NCBI GenBank assembly: GCA_030704615.1
Contig: CM060733.1
Span: 7,440,001-7,504,000, forward strand
Reading direction: 5' to 3'
Source of the DNA: Takakia lepidozioides
Taxonomy: Eukaryota > Plantae > Bryophyta
DNA length: 64,000 nt
Below, one piece after another: positions 26,012 through 36,170 of the stretch; within the stretch, counting starts at the first letter, position 1, and every line of letters starts with the position of its first letter. The position numbers and the translations under genes are program-made. The notes beneath the pieces were generated by a model. The model was not told the origin of the DNA. It ran no database searches and was given only the letters and a program-made list of their open reading frames with translations.

Positions 26012-26740
26012 GCATGGAGTACATCCACAGATTTATGTCTCATGTAGACCACAACAGATTCTGGACACAGAATTGTGGATCTTTTATAGCACACTCACAC
26101 TCTAAAAATTCCACAGATTTTTAGCAGAGTCCCCAAAACAAAAACCATGGTGTAGACATGTAGATTTCCCCTTTCTGCAGCTATCCACCCAAAACTGAGT
26201 CAAACGGAGTCCATTTGACAAAGTTATGACCAACCAGGCTCTAAATCATTTAAATTATATCAAAGTTTTTTTTTTTTTTTTTTTTTTAACACCAAAACGT
26301 TCCCGCCATTAAGAACCGTTCCCGGGTTTCATTTGTGGTTACAGATGCACCACAGACTTGCTCGCTTAGTGAGCTGCTTTGCTCCAGCAACGACTCTCGA
26401 GCTCGGGTGGATGGCTATGGCGATGGTGGTGGCCTGTGCAGCGTCAGGCATCTATTTCCCGTGATGCAAGCACTCGAGCCATCCCTAATGCAGGGACAAG
26501 CCCTGATGATACTCTGTCAGAACCTGGTGGGCAGCTGCCATCTGCACTTGCTCTCTCTTCAGACAATCTTCGGACCTAGTGTCAAATGTGGAAGTGGTGA
26601 AGGAGCTTATTGACAAAGGCAACTGTGTTGGACTATCCACAAAGTGGAGAGTAACCAGATCAGCTTCGTCATTTAGTTGAAGCTTGGAGCATAGGTCTGC
26701 ATACTCCGATAGGGCAAGGCACTATCTCAATTCAGGTAGC

Positions 26741-26960
26741 GATCATGTTTGCTTTGACCTCCATCAAGGGAGTGGGGCGCCGTTTCGCTAACCTGGTCTG
26801 CAAGAAGGCGGACGTCGACACCAGCAAGAGAGCTGGTGAGCTGTCGGGTGCGGAGCTGGAGAACTTGATGGTGATTGTCGCGAATCCCCGGCAGTTCAAG
26901 ATACCTGACTGGTTCTTGAACAGGAAGAAGGATCACAAGGACGGACGTTATTCGCAGGTC
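26741..26960 (+). pseudogene. RPS18: 40S ribosomal protein S18 (uS13) internal fragment
   Basis: [64 protein letters not shown]; both N- and C-termini are missing. Confidence 0.92.
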
Positions 26961-27529
26961 AAACTTTCTTCCAGACTGATCCAGGTCCTGTCAGTCCAAG
27001 TAAGTAACCTCTCCTAGAGGAGAACTAAAAGAGATTACGGGGAGGTAGGTTACATATGCACACAACTGGAGCTGGAACACCTGCCCCCCCTGATCCACCC
27101 CCACCATAACCTTGATAGGCAGAAGTAGCAGGGTACGGGTTTCCAATTAAGCCGTAATTCAGCTTCGAAGATGTTCAACTAGTGAAACACACAGCAGCTG
27201 AGAAAGATGCAACTGATGAAAGCCCTGCCACTCCTCACACCTCCACGCTCCCGGCATGCTCACCAAATGAAAGAAAACCAGAAGAAAACTCCCCTTCACC
27301 TGCAGAGTCCAGCTTTTGACTTTGTCTCGAGCCTGTTACATTCTCAGAGATTTTACTATTCCACTCAACCATTTCACATCAAGCACACAGGACAGCCTGA
27401 AACCTAAACCTTCCACGTTATTATGCAAGTTTGACGGGCGGGATGTACAATCGGAATGGACTATCCAATCTGCAGACCAAAATCCTTTTCTTCCCAGCAG
27501 AATCGAGTCCTTGAGTCCGAGTCCCCCTT

Positions 27530-27802
27530 GCGAATCTTCAAGTCCATTATACTCGTCATTCGAGGTTGATACAACGAATACACAACCGATTGCCGCCTGG
27601 TCAATTCCAGCTGCTGCTTCCCCTGATTGAAAGCAGAGACAACGCTGGAAAGATCCGACAGCTCGGAATTGTCCTTAAACGCTTCCCGACTTCGCCGTTT
27701 CACGTACTCCCGCACATTATAGTGCGTAAATCTTCACGCTTCTCTGAGAAAGCCTCTCAACAGCGCCCGCACCTCCGCTGCAGATGGCGCTACTGCGGCC
27801 AT
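27530..27802 (-). pseudogene. ISD11: ISD11/LYRM4 (LYR-motif Fe-S assembly factor) copy with premature stop
   Basis: MAAVAPSAAEVRALLRGFLREA*RFTHYNVREYVKRRSREAFKDN...RRQSVVYSLY...SIMDLK. The TGA at 27736-27734 is probably a deaminated CGA. Confidence 0.88.
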
Positions 27803-27819
27803 CGCAATTCTCCCTCCAC

Positions 27820-27903
27820 TTCAGGATTGTTGATCAAATGCAGCACCTTGGTTGTTGACCGGTCATATTCCCTGTGTCCTAGCTTGGACTCCAAGACTGC
27901 AAG
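27820..27903 (-). pseudogene. MAD1-like fragment including the Mad2-interaction motif
   Basis: LAVLESKLGHREYDRSTTKVLHLINNPE resembles the MAD1 LESKLGHGDY...KVL segment. Confidence 0.65.
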
Positions 27904-28059
27904 AGTGCAGGTATCAGCGTTCACCGCTTGCCAGCGCTGCTCCATGCTGCACGGTAGAGCTTCTCTCTAAGCTTACTGGGGAAACAATCATCCAGCTTCA
28001 AGGATCACGCATAGGTGCCAACTAGCATTTGCTGCTGCATTTTTAAGTCTCTCCTCGTA

Positions 28060-28190
28060 TACTCCAAAGCCTCTGGTGACTTGGTAGCTTTAGCGACTGC
28101 AATAACAGTGGCGGCTCCGGCATCGTCATCCTCCAGGCGTTTCAGGGCACGCTGAATCTTGTGATCACATTCAATGATATGCTTCTCAAA
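28060..28190 (-). pseudogene. LUC7-like (U1 snRNP) fragment
   Basis: FEKHIIECDHKIQRALKRLEDDDAGAATVIAV...KSPEALE resembles plant LUC7 ECDRKI.RALKRL..EDAKAA. Confidence 0.65.
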
Positions 28191-28635
28191 CTAAGCACTA
28201 CTTGCACACAGGTAATCTTGCAAGTGCTAACCCACAACTCCTACCTTGCACTCACAGGTAAGAGCTCATCTTTCTCGAGTGATAAAGAAGCTTGAAAGGA
28301 CATACACTCCCAACACAAGAAATATAAAATCCATCGCTATCACTCATTGAAACTGAAGTCGAGCCAGGGGCACCCCAAGCTATGGGGACTCCACCCCACA
28401 ACAACCTGTATCCCTACATAAGCACACTAAAACCTAAACACATGCAGGAGCTCGGTCGCGCAGGCTCAACTCGAGAAAGATGAGCTGCGCGACTGCCGCT
28501 CTCGTGAAGATAAGACAGACCAGGTGTCAAGCTAAACTTGACACCTGATTTAACACTTGACCTAAATCCAAGTGTTAAATACAAACAACTAGTTTTATGC
28601 TAGCTGTTTTCACACTGTGCTTATTTAACTTGACA

Positions 28636-29775
28636 ATGGCTTTCCAAGAAGGACTTGCTTGCGCCAAGAGCAATTGCAGATGTTGTTGCGGATGGGTTTC
28701 TCCCGAACTCTTGTTTGATCAACCTCGATATTGTCTCAACACTCTCCCTGTAATCCCCCTTCGAGACAGGATGGTTATGGAATCCAAAATGCACACAAGC
28801 TCTCGTCATTGTATTCAAACGGTGGACAACATAGTACATTCTTGCTCCGCAGAGCGCCAAGCAGGATGGCACAAGTTTGCAGAATTTGCAGACGAAAGTG
28901 TTTGCCGGTGGAGGGGCAGTCCCAGGCTGAAATGGATTCTCCGCCAGACCCTCCCATTCGCTTTGATTATGAACTCCAGACTGAAGAAAGTGTCTGCAAT
29001 TCAAATTATCACACCTAAGGTGTCCATTGCAAACTGTCCTCCTGAAAACAAGCTTGTCATCATTCTGAATATTGGATGTTTTTGTTCTGCACCACGGGTG
29101 CCCGTCGTGTTTCTTGTCCATTCCATGCATCATGATTGTTACACCTCCAACTCGCGGAGGAGGAGGCAGCTCGAATAGGATATCGCCATCAAAAGTCTCC
29201 GGCAAGAACTTCACAGGCACCTGCTTCAAAGATTCCCAATCAATTCCCCGCAACTCACTTTTGAATCCAGCCATTCCTCCCATCGCCCGCAATTTTGGAA
29301 TGACACTACAAATCTCTTCTTCATCAGCTTCTGCAACCACAGTAGGAAGGACTGGATTTGGAATTTCACTTATGTCATCATCGGAAGAATCCGAAAGCTC
29401 AACGATTGGAGTGGAGGAAGTCTGTTCTTTTTTCACCACCACCTCCCTCTTGTCTTCAACGACCGAAGCAGCAGTCCCGGGCGTCACATATGACCCAAGG
29501 GACTTTCGCCGAGGCTCTCCAAGTACTTTGTATCGACCAGGACGCACTCTCCACTGGCTGATATGAGCCGTCTCATCACGGTTTTGGAAAGAATATTTCA
29601 CCAACTTCCCTTTCAGATCGTAAACCTCTTTCTCCAAAAAGATGGAGCCATTCTGCAGCTGAAAACGGGTAGCCAAGACATGTTCCAGAACAATTGCAAA
29701 TCCATTGTCAAGGACTTCCTGGGAGAACGGCACTGGTTTGTCGTCTGAGAAGAACTCCGCTTCAGAGGAAGCCAT
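28636..29775 (-). CDS. E2 transposase N-terminal part with GCM-like zinc-binding domain (truncated by the Gypsy element)
   Basis: Open 380-aa frame MASSEAEFF...DGHPWCRTKTSN...RRTVCNGHLRCDNLNC...CKFCK..CLALCGAR...GFHNHPV. About 1.2 kb of DDE core present in E1 (7920-9100) is missing at the junction. Confidence 0.8.
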
Positions 29776-32700
29776 CTTCCTTCCTCGAGTATGTTTGTAC
29801 CTTGCTATCGCAGATCTAGTGTAAATCGGTTTACTGCTGTCTCCAGAACACAGTTGAAGAATGAGCAGAGCATATGGCGGAGGAAGCTCAGATAACGACT
29901 GTGCATATTCTGTTATTCATTCCAGATATGCAGCCGTCCATTTTAATTACTTTTCTTGTGGGCCCAGTGGTCAGAGAATCCATAGGGGCAGTGTCGGCAA
30001 CTGTTAAACCGTTAATCAGAACCTCATCAATAAACCCAATAACAAAGCCGACTTCCTGGAAGCATGCCATAGGATCCGAGAATGGGATTGCAGATTAAGT
30101 AAATGTATCTATATACTACTACCAATGATCATGCACACCTAGAAAGTTCCAAATGTGCAACGAATGTGGGGTTTGGATAACAAGGATGACCGTGTATGAT
30201 ATTCCAAAATTTGTCATCAAACTCTCGTTCATTTATATTTATTTGTTTAAGACTGCGCATCAATTTCTGGGATTCGCTGTTCTTTTTAAATATTGAACCA
30301 GTTATAATTTAGAATACGCCGTTTTGTTTTGGGCGGCACACGTCAAACATCCATAACTGAATACGAACAGCTGTACACCAATTGCTGGCATGTGCACTAA
30401 TAACGAAACGACTATGTGTAACGGTCACGCGGGAGGGAATCCGATGCTTCTAGAGACACGCAAGAACACAGGCAATCCCGCAAGAAATCGAGAGTCACTG
30501 CGTTTTTCTACTTTTCGCGCTTAGAGAAAGAGTGGTAGTCAAGCTGGAGAGGGTTCCTTCTAGAATACGAAAGAGAAGAAAGTCTCTTTATTTTACTTCC
30601 CTTAGAGAGAGACGCAGAGCAAGAGAGAAAATGACGAGGCGTCGTTTGTTGGAGAACACAGGGCCAAGGCAGCAGGTGAACGCGGAGACTGATTCACAAG
30701 AGCAGACGGAGACTGAGGCAGCGGCTGCGACACAGTCGGCGATAAGAGTGCGCCAGCCTGTGGAGGCAGAGATGAATCGCAGGGACACTGAAGAAGGTGG
30801 AAGCACGCGGAACGCCGAACCTGAAGAAGGTCAAGAAACCCTTGCGCAGACAGAAACTCCAGCAGATGTGAGAGGGAAGAGGAAAGCTGCAGAAGGGGAT
30901 CAAATTTCAAAACCTAAGAAGGTGCCAGTAAGTTTTATCATATAGTCTGTGTGATTGCCTTTCAAGGAGTCCTTCCTCTTCCATTCTTTAGCAGGAACTA
31001 CTGAATTGCGAGCGTCGTTAACGCCATTCGATTCTGCTCATGAGATTTATGTACCTATGTGTTTGAAGAGAGAGTCTGCACTTACTATTCTCCCTCAACT
31101 ACACTGAATGTCGTTGCCGCCAATCAGTTGCACATATATGTCATTACACAACACCGATCCGGCAGGTTGTTATCTTTTGTGATTGTCGTTAACGCCGTTC
31201 GCTATCGCTCTCACTTTTGTTTTGAATACGGCAGTCTCGGCTTTGCATGTGTAGATTGTGCTGAATTCTTTCACACCATTCATGGTGAGTTTCCTTGATA
31301 CAGAGTGATTGTCGTTACCGCCATTCACTATTTGCAAATCACTTAGTCAGAACTAAATGGCATCGTGCAGAAAACTGTGAGGTCGAAGCCTACAGGATCA
31401 GAGGGGAAAGGATCTGGAGATGGGGACGAGTCCGCAAAAAGCTCAGAGAATACAGATGAAGCAGATGAATCCGAAGTGCACTACCTTGACAAGGTGAAAG
31501 AACTCATGTCATTCCAGAAGGTAAACTCTCAGGAGGTTATAAGGGACATGCTCGTATCTGGAGGGCGTCTGGACATGCCTCTGTGCCGGATGATATCAAT
31601 GCCTGTTGTGCGTCCACCTCTTTCCCATGACATAACAAAATTGGAGAGTGATTTTGTGCATGGATATAGACTTGGTGCACAAGTTTTTTATGTGTCACTG
31701 ACGGATATAAATGGGAAAAGCACATTAGTTTCTCCAGAGATCAGTGATAACTGGGATGAGTGCTGGAAAGATGCCAATGAGGAGTTCGAGCTGGGCCTCA
31801 TGATGGGAAAGAACACCCAGCAATTTTGCAACCACATGTTCTACGTTTGGGACGGCAACCACCGATTGCTGGCATGGATGGGATACATTCAGAAACACCA
31901 TTCGAAAGACAAAGACAAGCATGTTGCTGTGGAGGCAATGGTTTTGGATCCAGGAAACGACATCGCTAGGCTTCTCATAGCTATGCACGACGTGAACAAG
32001 TAAGTCATCCAGGAGATTTGATTCCCTCTGTAGTGTCTTGTTGATCCTCAAAAAACAGAGTTGAGGAATGCAATGTCTTCAATGTTTTTGCAGATCGACA
32101 GAGAAATCGCATGTGACAACAAGCTTGGTTCACACACTATTCCGAATTCAGAGGATTGGTCTGATGAAGCTGGATGATTTTCGGACAGTACTACCACCCA
32201 ATATCATCAAGAAGTGCGAAACAGGAAGAGCTGCAGGCACTTGGTATTCTTTGACACGAGAGGCGTTTCTGGAGTACATGTATGCGGTAAGCCCGAGTCT
32301 GTAATCTGTTTACTTTTCGAATACATGTTTAGAGTCCCTTCGGAGCTAATCACTACTTGAATGAATGCAGCAAGAACTGGCAGAGGCAGCTGAGAAGGGA
32401 AAATCCGAATATTACCGCACTACACCAGAGGAACTAAGGACATCAAAGGGTGTGGAAGCTGCAATAAAGAAGGAGTTTGAGATGCGAAGAACCAAATTGA
32501 TGTCAGCCTTTGGAAAGCAGCTTAGAATAGTAGATCCTGGACTTGGTCCTGAGTTCCTTCAGCAGATCAAAACACACAATGACAAGCATGTGCATCCGGA
32601 GATGCAGCAGGAGAAATTGCACCGGCTGGCCATATCGATGGTCGACCCACAAACAAAAATAAGGTGGCTGGAGATATGGAACTCAGATCAAACAGTAAAG

Positions 32701-32882
32701 GACTTGAATCAGTTCCCAAGAGCACCATACAGCCTGGTACAAAGGTGGAAGGAATCAGTGATTTGGTGTTTGATAACTGGCTCCACAAGGCTACATTTTG
32801 GAGTCAGGTGTGTATTCGAACATGCTGTTTCTTCTCTTCAAGTATGTGATGTGTTTCTTTTTTGCAATTCTGACAAATATAC

Positions 32883-35125
32883 TGTAGTGTGAAAAGAAGG
32901 GGCGTGAATCCCCTTCTGGTTAATCCTAAATCTGTACTCCTCCTACTCGTCCCTGTTGAAGTATCAGGGCAAAGGAAAGGAGCGTTCTCTTTTCTGTCCA
33001 ACCATCGTCATGAGGCTATATGGGTTTTTCCTTCAGGTTCGTTCGTGATCAGAGTTTGCGGAATCCTCATCCACGCCGCAGCGGAAGAGAAGACATGGAT
33101 GGAGTCTTTGGTTTGTTCTTGCCCTCGGTTCTACTTCTATGCAACAGCCTGGCCCTATGCTCACTGCGCCAACAGTGTTGGCGTGATCTTTTATGTGATG
33201 CAAGCAGCCCAATGGCAGCGGTGAATACGACCCTTAATGTGAACCCCCTTGAGCAGTGACATGTCGGAAATCCCTTTTTGTAATGGTGACACAGATTTAG
33301 AGGGAGACAGCTCAGATCTTCATAAACTGCAGGGGCACTGGTTTTCCTTCAGGATTCATGCTTTCTTCATCTCAATCTCCCCAAGTTGGCCATCCCCCCA
33401 TCAACCCTTTTTGCTGAGCAGCTCACTCTCTCTCTCTCTCTCTCTCTCTCTTTTCCTTTTCTCGTCTGTTTCTCTATCTCTGTCTATGTCTACAGGCTCC
33501 TTACTTCTTCACATACAGCCCATCTATCACGTAATGCAAATGCACACTCCGCCAGGCATTCAGTGCAGCCAGCCATGAAGTCATCCTTGGTCTCACAAGG
33601 CAAAACCATCCCTTTCATCAGTCTCTCTATCTCTCTCTCTCTCTCTTCTCTCCGTCAATACTCAACCCTTCACACTACCCCTTTCTTTTAAAAGATCCCA
33701 TTTCCCAAAACAGCTCTCATCCCTTCTTCAGATTCAACCTGAATACCCAACATCTCTCTTTTCCTTTCAACAAAAGGGCTTAAGTCGTTCATATCCTGAT
33801 ACAATGCTGAAATCACACCTTATCCCTTTTGTGTTTTCATACAGTTCCAGCTAACCCTCAGTTATCTCTCCAAGCAAACAAGCTATATCTACATTGGGTC
33901 CAGTGTATCACTACCCCCCCCCCGCAGCATTGTGTGCAGGTTTACAACACTGAAACAAGAACAAGAATGAAGACAACAGTGACCATTCTGTTTTCTGTGA
34001 CAACAGTCTCTCTCTCTCTCTCTCTCTTCACTCATTTTTCTTACTGACACTACGACGGCAGGTGTATCCATTCCTTCCATGTTCTGGTTTGAAGTCCAGA
34101 GTCTCCATTCCATTTCCAAAAACCTTTCCTCTATCACATGTCTCCACCCTTTCCTTTCAACAACCAGGGCAGTCCTAAATCTACCAAAAGCGATTTCTAA
34201 GTCCACCCCAAAGAAGAAGCCCACAGTCTACCAACTTATCTGTTTTTATCCTCCAGTGAAGCGGTGGGTCAGCCTGCCGAGATGGCACCTCACCATCGCC
34301 TGTCAGCAGCCACCACAACCTTTTCTCCTTGTCTTGATTCCAGAGTTTATCATGCCATGATGTCTCCTCATCATCCTATGGAGCATCCTGTGGTTTGCCA
34401 ACTAAATTGCTCTATTCTTCTATGCATGTAGCTCTTTAAGAACTGAAATGGACCTATAGCAAGAAGACAAAAAGGCAGCTAGAAGCCTGATTACAGATAA
34501 CCTGTGTTTGCCATCCAGCCAGCACTCCACATGCCTTATCACCTCCATTGATTGTGCTCAGATTCTCTTCCTTGTGCTTCTGGCAGGTGGCCGTTCTCCT
34601 TGCTTGCTCATCTGCCCATAACTGTCATCTTCAAGACAGTGGCGGCAGCGGTGGTGCGCCGCTCTCCTTACATGCTCCTATCTCCATGAATTGATCATCA
34701 CAACGAGAAAGACGGCACCGCTTCCCTTTACACAGAATACCAAGCAGAGGCACTTAATGCTGCCCTCTAAACCAAGCGAAGTCCCACAGCGCAGGTACAA
34801 CCTCTCAACACAGACTGCCCTGTCAACACCACAGCTCGCGGCAGCTGCTACGAATCGCCCGTCACCTTCCTCTTCGTTCTTCCTTCCTCGCGGATTTTAG
34901 GTTGAGCATCAATGACGAAAACGTTCATCGCATGGATGAAAAATGCATGGTCACGACTTAGCCATTTTTATTTTGGCAACGCATGAGTACAGTATGCCCA
35001 CAAAATTACCTGTATGGAGGGATATATCCCTCTTGCAGTTGGTATGAGGGCCCTCCCATTATAGTGATGCAGGGTCTTAATGGTGAAGCCAAAATGTAAT
35101 GTCACTCCCCTGCATTCACACTACA
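32883..35125. mobile_element. Probable solo LTR (2243 bp) in intron 4 of the cargo gene
   Basis: 11-bp terminal inverted repeats TGTAGTGTGAA / TTCACACTACA and 4-bp TSD ATAC (32879-32882, 35126-35129). The equivalent E1 intron is only about 80 bp. Noncoding, with CT microsatellites. Confidence 0.75.
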
Positions 35126-35444
35126 ATACTATTTGCAGCTCGAAAAGCGCGCCGTCATTGTGCTGGATCAGACTTTGAAGGACCTGAACATTGCGATTGT
35201 TTCCCCTCCCCAAATGTCATTGGAGGCATACATAAGGAAGTGGAGAGGTCTCACCTGGAGATACTGTTTTTTCCGGGAGTTCTCCAAAGATGGTAACATT
35301 TTACGGTCCAACGACTTTGACAGTCAGGTTGGAGGAGAGTGGGCCATGATGCGAGTTGTGTAAAGGTGAAATGTCATACTTGAAACTCTACTGTTTTTTT
35401 GGGAAAAAATGTGGCTTCATAAGGATTGCAATCATAGATCCAGA

Positions 35445-36170
35445 TTGAATGTTGTTGACGACATTCACTTCTTTGTCTGAGTCATTCTTAAGCGAGTATA
35501 TTAATTCACCTGGTTAGGATCTAAGGGTGCAATTATATTGTCCCTGATTAGAATTGATAATGTCCTTGAATGGCGTTGACGACATTCACATACGGAGTTG
35601 TTGTGTGGTCCTCAAGGTTATTTAAATTTTTGTAATGTCCATAGAGGTTACAATGAGGGTTGATCACTTCATTTTGCTGAATGTCAATGCAGACATTCAG
35701 TTGTTCTGCATTGTTTTTTCCTCTTGCGATGAATATGGAGGCTTGATAAGCTCTGTTTTAAGAAATCCAAAGTGAATGTCGTTGACGACATTCACAGCTG
35801 TGTCTGTATTATTCAAAAACGACAAATTCAATTTTCATGGATTGGGGAGCTAAGTAATTGGTTTCTTTTTTGTATTTTTGTGAATGGCGTTGACGCCATT
35901 CACATACAGTGATGTTGTGAGGTCCTCAGTGATAGGTTCGTTATGAATGTGCATTGAGTTTTCCTGGATGGTTCCTTACTCAATTTTTTTATTTCCATCC
36001 TGTGATTTTGCTTCATTTCAGTAATAATTTGGCTTCATTCTTGAATGTCGTTGACGACATTCACTTCTATGTCTGTGTCATTTCTAATCGCTTATTTGCA
36101 TTCACCTGGATTAGGATGTATTTACAGTGTCATGGAATGGAATGTTTTGAATGGCGTTGACGACATTCAT
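35445..36170. repeat. Intronic cluster of palindromes GTGAATGKCG-N4-CGMCATTCAC (7 copies; 4 more at 31008-31328)
   Basis: Perfect copies at 35772-35795 (GTGAATGTCG TTGA CGACATTCAC) and 35880-35903 (GTGAATGGCG TTGA CGCCATTCAC). Others at 35445, 35566, 35677, 36041 and 36147. Confidence 0.9.

Larger units (their letters stand above)
16639..28635 (-). mobile_element. Ty3/Gypsy retrotransposon encoding a C5 DNA methyltransferase and a PHD finger; split direct repeats
   Basis: TGTC...GACA termini. 355-bp repeat at 16711-17065 and 28281-28635 (about 4 differences); 73-bp repeat at 16639-16711 and 17068-17140. PPT-like tract near 17155-17164. Domain order gag-PR-DNMT-RT-RH-IN-PHD. Confidence 0.9.

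Noticed and set aside
26745-27017. Functional RPS18 gene
   Set aside because: Only an internal fragment with no neighbouring exons, lying inside a retroelement leader.
35111-35125. CACTA transposon end (CACTACA)
   Set aside because: The orientation is wrong: the insertion begins TGTAGTG and ends CACTACA, and the TSD is 4 bp rather than 3 bp.
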